Source of the DNA: Deltaproteobacteria bacterium
GTDB taxonomy: Bacteria; Desulfobacterota; Dissulfuribacteria; Dissulfuribacterales; QOAL01
DNA: 64,000 bases
Assembly: GCA_026991135.1 (NCBI GenBank)
Contig: JALXCD010000055.1
Coordinates: 5,089-69,088, forward strand
Reading direction: 5' to 3'
The notes under the pieces were generated by a model, which saw nothing but the letters and a program-made list of their open reading frames with translations, had not been told where the DNA came from and did not search any database. Of the stretch, positions 21,476 through 30,005 are shown in pieces; position 1 is the stretch's first letter, and each line of letters opens with the position of its first letter. The translations under genes were made by a program, and so were the position numbers.

Positions 21476-22408
21476 TTATCTTCTCCTTTCATAGTAATAC
21501 GGATAGTAATTTTGCGGGTAAGGATAGGACCTTGGCTGCATTTGAGGTCTTGTCTGTCTTTGGCCCCTTTCGTGTAGGTATCTTTGATAATAGCTCATGG
21601 CCTCTGGCATAAGTTGCTGAAGCTGCTGTATCCTTGCTTTATCAGACGGATGCGTGCTTAAAAGCTCGGGCGGCCTTGGCTTTCCGCGGGATGCCTTCAT
21701 CATTCTTTGCCAGAAGGGAATGGCATATCTGGGGTCATAACCGGCAATGGCCATGAAGATAAGCCCAAGATGGTCTGCCTCATACTCCTGTGTGCGGCTA
21801 TAGGGCAACAATACCCCAAGGTTTGCGCCAATGCCGTAAAGTTGCAAAAAAAGCCTTCTTGTGGCCGGATTTGAGCCTCCAGACATCATTGCTACTGCCT
21901 CGGCCCCAAGCTGAAGGAGAAGCTCCTGGCTGAGCCTTTCAGCCGCATGGTTTGCAACTGCATGGGCAATCTCATGTCCAAGGACAACTGCAAGCCCTGT
22001 TTCGTCCCTTGCAATGGGCAAAAGCCCTGAATAAACTACAACCTTTCCGCCTGGCATACACCATGCGTTTATCTTCTTGTCACAGACCAGGTTAAATTCC
22101 CACCTAAATCCCCTTATCCTGTAGGATTGTCCCCTTTCATAGAGAAATCTCTCAACGGCCTGTCTAATCCTGTTGCCCACCCGTCTCACCATCTGGACCT
22201 TTCGGGGGGCAGTGCATAGCCTGTGCTTTTGGAGAAACTGCCTGTAGGCCTTTTCACTCATTGCAAGAAGCTGGCTGTCAGGGACAAGGGCAAGCTGGCT
22301 CCTTCCAGTTACAGGGACCTGGGCGCAGGAGGAAAAAAGGAGGACAAAAAGGAACGAGAGAAGGATTTGTATGAAAAGGGCCTTTGGTCTCAAGTAAGGA
22401 TTCTCCAA
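21476..22408 (-). CDS. M48 family zinc metallopeptidase, lipoprotein
   Basis: HEIAHAVANH zinc motif, downstream E (QEYEAD), lipobox LFSSC. TTG start. Confidence 0.8.
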   Translation of the reverse strand: MENPYLRPKALFIQILLSFLFVLLFSSCAQVPVTGRSQLALVPDSQLLAMSEKAYRQFLQKHRLCTAPRKVQMVRRVGNRIRQAVERFLYERGQSYRIRGFRWEFNLVCDKKINAWCMPGGKVVVYSGLLPIARDETGLAVVLGHEIAHAVANHAAERLSQELLLQLGAEAVAMMSGGSNPATRRLFLQLYGIGANLGVLLPYSRTQEYEADHLGLIFMAIAGYDPRYAIPFWQRMMKASRGKPRPPELLSTHPSDKARIQQLQQLMPEAMSYYQRYLHERGQRQTRPQMQPRSYPYPQNYYPYYYERRR

Positions 22409-22489
22409 AAAGCTTTTTAGATGAGCTTACAAAATCAAGACTTTTTTGTCCATTTCAAGTTTTAAATTGGAAGGATTTGGATTAAAAGG

Positions 22490-22519
22490 ACTGTGCCAGG
22501 ATAATCCTCCTGGCACAGT
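22490..22519 (-). terminator. Hairpin terminator after the dsrE-like gene
   Basis: Perfect 12-bp inverted repeat ACTGTGCCAGGA-TAATCC-TCCTGGCACAGT, with short T runs on both strands. Confidence 0.6.
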
Positions 22520-22557
22520 TTTGATAAAGTCTTTATGGCAAGGTAAGTTTTTTTGAA

Positions 22558-22935
22558 CTAATAGGTAAGGGCTTGGTCGGCATTCATGACCTCATTTATG
22601 AGCTTTCCTGCCTTAACAAGCTCGCATCCTTCAACAAGCTGAGATTTGTCAATCTTTCTTTCTTCAATGCATGGAATACAGACAAACATCTTTCCCCCAA
22701 GGGGCTTTATGCCATCCACAAGCTCCTTTAGGCGTTTTAGGCCAGGGCTTATGATGTGCTCATACATGCCCTTTGTGCAGCACATGACACCCTTTCCCTG
22801 AAAGACCACAGTGACCTGTACGTCCATGGCAAGGGCCGCATTTGCAACCACAAGTCCAAGGGTTGCCTTTTCGGGCTCATCAAGCCCGTGGGTAATTATT
22901 ACAACCAGTTTTTTCCCAGCAATTGACTCCGCCAT
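22558..22935 (-). CDS. DsrE/DsrF-family sulfur-relay protein
   Basis: 125 aa. KLVVIITHGLDEPEKATLGLVVANAALAMD Rossmann-like start typical of the DsrE fold, cysteine pairs (MCCTK, VCIPC). AAAAGGAGG SD. Confidence 0.7.
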   Translation of the reverse strand: MAESIAGKKLVVIITHGLDEPEKATLGLVVANAALAMDVQVTVVFQGKGVMCCTKGMYEHIISPGLKRLKELVDGIKPLGGKMFVCIPCIEERKIDKSQLVEGCELVKAGKLINEVMNADQALTY

Positions 22936-23032
22936 TTTTGACCTCCTTTTTTATCAAATACTTAAAAAATCAGTTAATTTCCCAGTATTTTAAAAGGCCC
23001 TGTGTAAAACCTCCAGTTTTTGAAAAGGCCCC

Positions 23033-23995
23033 TTAAATCCATAATGCCAGATCCTCCACTCTTCCGTCTGGGCCACATGCCTCCTTGAGATTCAAGTGAC
23101 AAATGGGGCACATGGTGACAATGGTCCTAGCCTCCTTTGTCAGCTCGTCCACCCTGTTTTTGGCAACTTCCCTTGCCTTTTCAGGAAAGATGGATTCGGC
23201 AGGACCTCCGCAGCAATGGGTTATCTCACCTGAAAACCTCGGCTCCTTTATCTTTGCCCTGGCCTTTTTCAAAAGCCTTCTTGGGGCCTCAATCACATCA
23301 AGATACCTTGCATAGACACAGGAGTCATGGATTACAACCTCCTCGTCTTCCTTTGCCTTTAGCCCCTTGGCCCCTTTTTCCACCAATAATTCAAGATAGG
23401 ATTTGACCTCAAAATCAAAACCCTTTACTGCCTTTGGATATACCCTTTTAAACATGTCAGTTGAATGGGGATCAACTGTGATTATGGTCTTTACCCCTTC
23501 CTTTTTAAAGATTTCTGAAAGCCTTATTGCATGTTCCTTGAAAACCCTTTCAAGGCCAAGGTCATGGGCCAGGGTGCCTGCGTAAAGCTCCTTTTCATAC
23601 AAATAACCAGGCTCTAACCCGTTTGCCCTCAAAAGGGCAACTATCTTTTTCAAGACTCCAAAGTAGTAGTCCCTCTCCTCCCTTTTTACAGCGCCAATTG
23701 TCCCCAGGAAGGATACATTGATTACGGGGTTAATAAGCAAAATTATCCTAATGAGTTTTTCGTAGAATTTTGACGGAATCCCCCTTTGCCGCCTTTGAAG
23801 GGCCAGAAGGTACGGCACCATCTGATACATTTGCCCGGTATAAAGGATGGTATCTCCGCCCCTTTTAAGGCCAAGGCCCTTTGCCCATCTTGTATGGATA
23901 AAACCTGGAAGGGGCAGGGCGCTATTTCTCTTTTGGATATTCTGGGAAAGGAGGGTCAAAACTGCTATTTTCTGGTTCATGGGTCTAGTTTCCAT
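23033..23995 (-). CDS. hdrB: HdrB-like CCG-domain (Fe-S) protein
   Basis: C-terminal half carries a full CCG motif set (HDSC ... HCCGGP ... MCPICHLN). The N-terminal half has no cysteines. Confidence 0.75.
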   Translation of the reverse strand: METRPMNQKIAVLTLLSQNIQKRNSALPLPGFIHTRWAKGLGLKRGGDTILYTGQMYQMVPYLLALQRRQRGIPSKFYEKLIRIILLINPVINVSFLGTIGAVKREERDYYFGVLKKIVALLRANGLEPGYLYEKELYAGTLAHDLGLERVFKEHAIRLSEIFKKEGVKTIITVDPHSTDMFKRVYPKAVKGFDFEVKSYLELLVEKGAKGLKAKEDEEVVIHDSCVYARYLDVIEAPRRLLKKARAKIKEPRFSGEITHCCGGPAESIFPEKAREVAKNRVDELTKEARTIVTMCPICHLNLKEACGPDGRVEDLALWI

Positions 23996-23996
23996 C

Positions 23997-24299
23997 TTAT
24001 ATTTTAAAAACCCTTTCTGTAAAATAGGTCCTTAAGATTCTGATATTTTCACTGATTTTTACCCCCTGGGGGCAGTTGGCCTCACACATCCTGCAAAGAA
24101 GGCAGGAATAGATGGCATCTTCTGCCTCCTTCAACTTTTCCTCTGAGCCAAGGAGGCTAAAACGAAATATCTCCCTTGGCAAAATTTTAAGCCCCATTGG
24201 GCAAAGGGCCGTGCAGGTTCCACAGCTAAAACACTGGTTGGCGTTAAATTCCCCGTATCTTTCTAATTCTTTTTTGAGTTTCGGATTTACCCTTATCAT
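23997..24299 (-). CDS. hdrC: HdrC-like 2x[4Fe-4S] ferredoxin
   Basis: CFSCGTCTALCP and CLLCRMCEANCP motifs, 100 aa, 1 nt upstream of the hdrB-like gene. Confidence 0.75.
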   Translation of the reverse strand: MIRVNPKLKKELERYGEFNANQCFSCGTCTALCPMGLKILPREIFRFSLLGSEEKLKEAEDAIYSCLLCRMCEANCPQGVKISENIRILRTYFTERVFKI

Positions 24300-24538
24300 T
24301 TGCCTTTGACCCCGTATTTGAAATAGCGGTCCCTTCTTTCCTTGGGAAGCTCCTCAATAAGTCCGTATCTCCTCATGGCCATGACATACATTGTGGCATC
24401 GGCACTGGGTATCCCAAGGGCCTCTGCAATCTCAGGGATGGTCTTTGGACCCTTGGTCTCCAAAAGCTCCATTATGGCGCTTTGAAGGCCCATTTCTGCC
24501 TGGTATCTTTCAAGTGAATTCTTGTTAACTAGAGACAT
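24296..24538 (-). CDS. Small winged-helix-like protein of unknown function
   Basis: 80-aa ORF overlapping both neighbours (14 nt and 4 nt). The IPEIAEALGIPSADATMYVMAMRRYGLIE segment looks like an HTH plus wing. No family recognised. Confidence 0.5.
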   Translation of the reverse strand: MSLVNKNSLERYQAEMGLQSAIMELLETKGPKTIPEIAEALGIPSADATMYVMAMRRYGLIEELPKERRDRYFKYGVKGK

Positions 24539-26252
24539 CTTCGTATCCCTCTATGAGTGCATCAATCATTGAACATATTGTCTCATGCTCATAACCCCTT
24601 ATCTGAAGGGCCTCCTTGGGGCAAATGGGGACACACGCGCCCTCTCCCTTGCAAAGGGCCTCGTTAATAATCGCAATCTTTTTGCCCGAGTCCTCCTTTA
24701 TGGAGATGGCCCCGTAGGGGCAGACACCTTCACAAAGGCCGCATCCATCACACCTTTCAGAAAGTACCTCTGCCACGAAAGGCTCCATTTTTACAGAGCC
24801 TGTAAGGATCATGGCCCCAGCCTTTGCCGCTGCAGCCATTGCGCTTATGGTGCTTTCCTGGGAGGTCTTTGGCCCCTGGGCGCATCCTCCAATAAAGATG
24901 CCATCAACTACTGTCTCAACAGGCCTAAGCTTTGGATGTATTTCATTGTAAAACCCTTCCTTACCAACAGGAATCTTTAAAATGTCCGTAAGCTCCCTGT
25001 TTGGAGAAGGCTCAAGGCCTGTAACAAGGCAGATAAGATCGCTTTCAATCTCTATTTCTTCCTTTGATGTCAAAAGGTCAGATACCTTAACAACCGGCCT
25101 TTCCCCCTCAAATTCTATTTCAGGCATGGTCTTTGGTGAAAACCTTATGAAGATGGAGCCCCTTGAAAGGGCCCTTTTGTATTCTTCTTCATAGTTTCCG
25201 TATGTCCTTATGTCCCTGAAGAGATGAAACTGTGAAATTTCAGGCCACTTGTCATGTATGATGTTTGAGGTGTGAATTGCCGCAGTGCAGCAGTACCTTG
25301 AGCAATAGGTATGCTCCTTGTCCCTCGAACCAACACAGTAGATGTAGGTTATGGTCTCAACTTCTCTGCCGTTTACCCTGAGATACTTAAATTCCTTCTG
25401 GGAGGAAATCATGCCTAGAAGCTCTTTAAGGGTAACAATACCCGGCCTTCCGTAACCCCACTGGCCTTCCTTTGGTCTATAGGGAATGGCCCCTGTGGTC
25501 ACGATTATGGCGCCCACTGAAAGGCTTACGGTCTCCCCGTTTGAAACCCTTATATCAACGGAAAAGTCTCCAACGCTTCCCCTTTTCCCCACTACACTTG
25601 CCCCAAGATAGAGGTTAATATTGTCTGCCGCCTTTATCTTTTCAAAAAGCCCCCTTACTATTTGCCTTCCATCCTGGCCTGTGGGAAAAAGGCTTTCCCT
25701 ATCCCTTATGAGGCCGCCAACCTCCTTTTCCTTTTCAACAAGGTGGACATTTATTCCCATCTTTGAAAGGGATATGGCTGCCTTCATGCCGGCAATGCCA
25801 GCACCGATAACGAGTACGGCCGGATGCGTCTTTGTAACAATGGGCTCAAGGGCCCTTGCGTGAAGGGTCTTTTGGATTCCTGCCCGGACAAGCCTTGCGG
25901 CCTTGTTGGTGGCTTCTTCCCTGTTGTGGGTATGCGTCCAAGAGCACTGCTCCCTTATGTTCACCTGAGTATATTTGTAAGGATTGAGCCCAGCTCTCTT
26001 GGCCATTGCCCTAAAGGTATTCTGGTGAAGCTTAGGGGAGCAGGAGGCAATGACAATGCCGTCAAGCCCTTCCTTTTTTATGATGGAGATCATCTCTTCC
26101 TGGGCGGCATCTGAGCATGAGAACATGTTGGTCTTTGCCACCCTGACTCCAGGAAGGCCTTCCACAGACTCGCGAACCCTTTCCACGTCCACATAGTCTG
26201 AGATGTTTCCACCGCAATGGCAGATAAAAACGCCTATCTTTTGTTCGCTCAT
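24525..26252 (-). CDS. hdrA: HdrA-like FAD/Fe-S oxidoreductase
   Basis: VFICHCGGNI, FAD Rossmann VLVIGAGIAGMKAA, YCSRYCC motif, C-terminal 2x[4Fe-4S] (CDGCGLCEGVCP, CKGEGACVPICP). Confidence 0.85.
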   Translation of the reverse strand: MSEQKIGVFICHCGGNISDYVDVERVRESVEGLPGVRVAKTNMFSCSDAAQEEMISIIKKEGLDGIVIASCSPKLHQNTFRAMAKRAGLNPYKYTQVNIREQCSWTHTHNREEATNKAARLVRAGIQKTLHARALEPIVTKTHPAVLVIGAGIAGMKAAISLSKMGINVHLVEKEKEVGGLIRDRESLFPTGQDGRQIVRGLFEKIKAADNINLYLGASVVGKRGSVGDFSVDIRVSNGETVSLSVGAIIVTTGAIPYRPKEGQWGYGRPGIVTLKELLGMISSQKEFKYLRVNGREVETITYIYCVGSRDKEHTYCSRYCCTAAIHTSNIIHDKWPEISQFHLFRDIRTYGNYEEEYKRALSRGSIFIRFSPKTMPEIEFEGERPVVKVSDLLTSKEEIEIESDLICLVTGLEPSPNRELTDILKIPVGKEGFYNEIHPKLRPVETVVDGIFIGGCAQGPKTSQESTISAMAAAAKAGAMILTGSVKMEPFVAEVLSERCDGCGLCEGVCPYGAISIKEDSGKKIAIINEALCKGEGACVPICPKEALQIRGYEHETICSMIDALIEGYEDVSS

Positions 26253-26257
26253 GGCCT

Positions 26258-28918
26258 TTATCCCTCCAGGGCCTTAAGGTGTGCGGCTATCTGGGCAGAG
26301 GCAGCCCCTGCGTGGAGCACCGAGTCCGGGATGTCCTTTGGCCCAGAGGCCGCTCCTGCCACAAAGACCCCTTTGATGTTTGTAAGGCATGGATCATCAA
26401 TCTGTCGTATCTCTTTAAAAAACCTGAGCTTATCAAGCAAAATCTCTTCCTCCGAGCCTATGAGTCTCTTTATTTCCGGATTTGCCATTGCCCCTACTGC
26501 AAGGACCACAAGGTCATGCTTTGCCCTTTTAAGTCCGCCCTTTCTTTCCATGTCCTCGTAGTAGAGGAAAAGGTCCTGGTTCGGGGCTTCATCGATCCTT
26601 GCAATCTTTCCCTTTATGAAATTTACTCCCATGCCCTTTGCCTGCTGGTAAAATTCCTCGTATCCTTTTCCAAAGGCCCTTATGTCTATGTAGTAGATGG
26701 TAATTTCTGCAATGGGCAGGGCACCCATTATGAGCTGTGCCTGCTTTATTGAATACATGCAGCAGATCCTTGAACACCACGGATTTCCACTTGTCTCGTC
26801 CCTTGAGCCTGCACAAAGGACAATGGCTATGTTTCCAGGGACCTTTCCGTCACTTGGCCTTAAAACTGCGTTATAGGGCCTTGTGGGAGAAAGGAGTCTA
26901 TCCATCTGCATGGCAGTTATCACATTTGGAAAGTTTGCATAGCCTGTAAGGGGCCTTTTGGACGGGTCAAAGAGCCTAAAGCCTGTTGCAATAAGGACTG
27001 CCCCGGCATCAATGACAAATTTTTCCGGTTTCATGGAAAAGTCTATGGCATGGGCAGGGCATGTCTCAACGCACTGTAAACACTGGGAGCAGATGGCACA
27101 GTCAAGGCAGGAAGAGGCAGCCTTTATGGCCTCTTTTTCGTCTTTAAAGACTTGGGAGGAGGGCCTTTTTATCTTTAGAGCCTTTCCCTTTTCCGTATGT
27201 CCAAGGGTCCCTTCAGTGGAAATGGACTTTGGGGCCTTATTGAACAAAAATTTATAGATGGAATAGGCGGCGCGCTTTCCTAGGCCAATGGCATTTGTCA
27301 CCATAAAGGGGCCTGTCACGCAGTCTCCTCCTGAATAGACAGAAGGGATGCTGGTTGAAAGGTCCTTTTCATCCACCTTTATAAAGCCGTTTTCATCAAA
27401 AAGCCCGTCATCCTTAAGGCATTTTTCAGTCTTAAGCCCAATTGCAGTAATAAGAAGGTCACAGTCAAAGACCTCAGTCCTGGATTTATCAGGGATTGGG
27501 GCCTCTCTTCCTGACTCATCCCTTTCGCCAAGCCTCACCTCACAGGATAAGACCCCTTTGACCCTTCCATTTTCTTCGAGCACCTTTAGGGGTGCCTTTC
27601 TAAAGATAAATTCCACCCCGTCCTTAAGTGCCTCCTCCACTTCAAAGGCATAGGCAGGCATGTGCCTTTTATCCCTTCTGTAAAGGACTTTAACACTCTT
27701 TGCCCCGCACCTTAACGCAGTCCTTGCACAGTCTATGGCCACGTTTCCCCCGCCAATGACAACAACGCTTTTTCCTTCAAGGGAAAGGCCATTTTCTGAA
27801 AGGTTGTATCTTCTTAGAAACTCAAGGGAAGTAAGGGAGTTTTCAATATCCTCTCCCTCTATCCCAAGCCTTCTTGGAGAACTTGTCCCTATGGCGAGAA
27901 AGACCGCATCAAAGCCCTTTTCCTCAAGAAGCCCCTTTACAGAATCTATTGGGGTATCTGTTTCTATCTTTACGCCAAGGGCCTTTATCTCCTCAATATC
28001 CCTTTTAAGGATTTTTCTTGGAAGCCTCCACTTGGGGATTCCGTAAAATAAAAGCCCGCCAGGCTCCTTTTCCCTTTCAAAGATGGTTACATCCACTCCA
28101 AGGCGTGCAAGATGATAGGCACAGCTAAGGCCGGAAGGCCCTGAGCCTACAACTGCGACCCTTTTACCGGTCTTTTCCTCCAGCTCCTTTCCAAGGGGCT
28201 TTTCATTGAGATAATATTTATCCGCCAAAAAGCCCTTTAGTGCCCTTATGGGGACCTGTTTTCCGTTCTTTAGCCCCCTTGTGCACCTTGCCTCGCAAGG
28301 GGCATAACACACCCTGCTAAGGGTTCCCACAAGGGGGGCATCCATGAGATGCCTTTTTATGGCCTCCTTGAACCTTCCGTTTCTTACAAGGGCCACATAT
28401 CCGTGGGGTCTAACTCCTGCCGGGCAAGTATTTGAACACGGGGAAAGCCCCCTTTTTTCCACCACTGCCTTTTTTGGCACTGCCTGAGGAAAGGGGATGT
28501 AAATGGCCCTTCTTGCAATAAGACCGTCATTGAACTGGTCGGGTCTTGCAACCGTGCAGGCCTTTTCGCACTGGCCGCATCCCGTGCACTTGGACGGGTC
28601 AACAAAGGTGGGCCTTTTGGTCACCTCCACCTCAACCCTGCCATTTTCAAGGGGCGTGATGGAATCTACCTTTGAATAGGTAAAAAGGGTTATGTTCGGG
28701 TGATTCTGGGTGGCAGCCATCTTGGGCGTGGAAATACAGCTTGAGCAGTCAAGGGTCGGAAAGACCTTGCTCAAAAGTATCATCTTTCCGCCAATACTTG
28801 CCTCCTTTTCCACAAGAAGGCATTTAAAGCCCATGTCCCCAAGGGTAAGGGCTGCCTCCATTCCTGCAATTCCGCCTCCTATGACCACACAGTCAAATCT
28901 CTTCCTGTTTTCAGCCAT
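26258..28918 (-). CDS. hdrL: HdrL-type large HdrA paralogue with inserted GltD-like NAD(P)H-binding module
   Basis: HdrA N-terminus (CVVIGGGIAGMEAA), CTGCGQCEKAC, then GltD-like VAVVGSGPSGLSCAYHLA plus VVVIGGGNVAIDCA, then CLDCAICSQCLQCVETCP and the HdrA motif WCSRICC. I chose the ATG at 28918, which overlaps the mvhD stop in ATGGCTGA. Confidence 0.8.
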   Translation of the reverse strand: MAENRKRFDCVVIGGGIAGMEAALTLGDMGFKCLLVEKEASIGGKMILLSKVFPTLDCSSCISTPKMAATQNHPNITLFTYSKVDSITPLENGRVEVEVTKRPTFVDPSKCTGCGQCEKACTVARPDQFNDGLIARRAIYIPFPQAVPKKAVVEKRGLSPCSNTCPAGVRPHGYVALVRNGRFKEAIKRHLMDAPLVGTLSRVCYAPCEARCTRGLKNGKQVPIRALKGFLADKYYLNEKPLGKELEEKTGKRVAVVGSGPSGLSCAYHLARLGVDVTIFEREKEPGGLLFYGIPKWRLPRKILKRDIEEIKALGVKIETDTPIDSVKGLLEEKGFDAVFLAIGTSSPRRLGIEGEDIENSLTSLEFLRRYNLSENGLSLEGKSVVVIGGGNVAIDCARTALRCGAKSVKVLYRRDKRHMPAYAFEVEEALKDGVEFIFRKAPLKVLEENGRVKGVLSCEVRLGERDESGREAPIPDKSRTEVFDCDLLITAIGLKTEKCLKDDGLFDENGFIKVDEKDLSTSIPSVYSGGDCVTGPFMVTNAIGLGKRAAYSIYKFLFNKAPKSISTEGTLGHTEKGKALKIKRPSSQVFKDEKEAIKAASSCLDCAICSQCLQCVETCPAHAIDFSMKPEKFVIDAGAVLIATGFRLFDPSKRPLTGYANFPNVITAMQMDRLLSPTRPYNAVLRPSDGKVPGNIAIVLCAGSRDETSGNPWCSRICCMYSIKQAQLIMGALPIAEITIYYIDIRAFGKGYEEFYQQAKGMGVNFIKGKIARIDEAPNQDLFLYYEDMERKGGLKRAKHDLVVLAVGAMANPEIKRLIGSEEEILLDKLRFFKEIRQIDDPCLTNIKGVFVAGAASGPKDIPDSVLHAGAASAQIAAHLKALEG

Positions 28919-29309
28919 TTTCATCCCCGGCTTCAAGTTTTTTCAAGGCCTCATCAAAACGCTTCATGTGATTGACAAAGGCCTCGGAACATACCGAGCA
29001 GATGGCGGCCATCTTAAGGCGCCTTGGGTCATGGCCGTTTTCTTCAAGAAGTTTTTGGGCTGCACTCACCACCTTCCCTGTCCTTGTGGTGCAGTCTTCA
29101 AGGTATGCGCAATCGGTGCCATCTGCTGCAATAAACACCCCGTCAAAGCCCTTTGAAATGGCATGAAGTATCCATCTTGGGTCAATGCCGCTTGAACAGG
29201 GGACACTTATTACAGATACCCCTGTTGGATAGTCCATGTGGGATGCCCCGGCCATATCTATGCCAGGGTCCGAGATGTTATTGGTGGAAAAGACAAGTAT
29301 CTTTGACAT
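28911..29309 (-). CDS. mvhD: MvhD/FlpD-type hydrogenase iron-sulfur subunit
   Basis: 132 aa. KILVFSTNN, SVPCSSGIDP, GVFIAADGTDCAYLEDC. Confidence 0.8.
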   Translation of the reverse strand: MSKILVFSTNNISDPGIDMAGASHMDYPTGVSVISVPCSSGIDPRWILHAISKGFDGVFIAADGTDCAYLEDCTTRTGKVVSAAQKLLEENGHDPRRLKMAAICSVCSEAFVNHMKRFDEALKKLEAGDENG

Positions 29310-29563
29310 TAGTCCTCAGCCTTTTTCACAAAAAGACGCCAGTAGCCTGCCTCTTCGATTGTGCCCAAAAACTCGTGGCCTGCGTTTTCCGCCCAGAGGG
29401 GAAGGTCATCATTTGTGCCCTCATCCGATGACTGAACCTCCAGGATTCCGCCTGGCGGAACATCTGCAATGGCCCTTTTTGCCTCAAGAAGGGGGCCAGG
29501 ACATGCGGTTCCCCTTGCATCCACAACTACATCTGCCTTGATTGTTGATAGATCTACAGACAT
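29309..29563 (-). CDS. tusA: TusA/SirA-family sulfurtransferase
   Basis: 84 aa with DARGTACPGPLLEAKRAI (CPxP active-site cysteine). Its stop overlaps the mvhD start (TAATG). Confidence 0.85.
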   Translation of the reverse strand: MSVDLSTIKADVVVDARGTACPGPLLEAKRAIADVPPGGILEVQSSDEGTNDDLPLWAENAGHEFLGTIEEAGYWRLFVKKAED

Positions 29564-29582
29564 GGCTTCCTCCTTTTCTTGG

Positions 29583-29957
29583 TTATTTATTTGAAATTGA
29601 CGCCATTTTCATATCTTCCATTTGCCTTGCAAGCCTCCCCTGGCTCTTTAGCCTGTCCAAAAGTGCCGCCCTTATGAGGTCACAGGCCCTTGGAATGCGA
29701 CTGTCTAAAATGGTGTAGATTATTGAAGGGCCTTCTTTCCTGGCGGTCACAATTCCCTTTTCCCTTAATCTTGCAAGGTGCTGGCTTGTGTTTGCCACAG
29801 TGATCCCAAGTTCCTTGGCAATCTCGCCCACCTTTTTATCTCCCCTTGAAAGAAGATAGAGGATCATGAGCCTTTTTGGGTTTGCAAGGACCTTGCAAAC
29901 CTCGGCATGTTCATAAAAGACCTTTGGGTTAAATTCTATTAATTCTGCCTCACCCAT
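29583..29957 (-). CDS. ArsR/SmtB-family transcriptional regulator
   Basis: LANPKRLMILYLL ... VGEIAKELGITVANTSQHLARLREKGIV wHTH. Only two cysteines (C21, C92). No CVC metal site in helix 3. Confidence 0.85.
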   Translation of the reverse strand: MGEAELIEFNPKVFYEHAEVCKVLANPKRLMILYLLSRGDKKVGEIAKELGITVANTSQHLARLREKGIVTARKEGPSIIYTILDSRIPRACDLIRAALLDRLKSQGRLARQMEDMKMASISNK

Positions 29958-29989
29958 TAACCCTAAGTTTTTCTTCTCCAGTTAACCAT

Positions 29990-30005
29990 TTTCGAAGTAT
30001 CGAAA
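29990..30005. promoter_or_regulatory. Candidate operator palindrome in the arsR / ORP-like divergent intergenic region
   Basis: TTTCGA-AGTA-TCGAAA, overlapping a second dyad GAAGT-ATCGAA-ACTTC, 33-48 nt upstream of the arsR start codon. Confidence 0.3.

Noticed and set aside
24525-29309. Selenocysteine (in-frame TGA) in HdrA, HdrL or MvhD, as occurs in some Hdr/Mvh proteins
   Set aside because: All three ORFs are continuous, with Cys at the conserved positions. There are no in-frame stops or split ORFs needing recoding.
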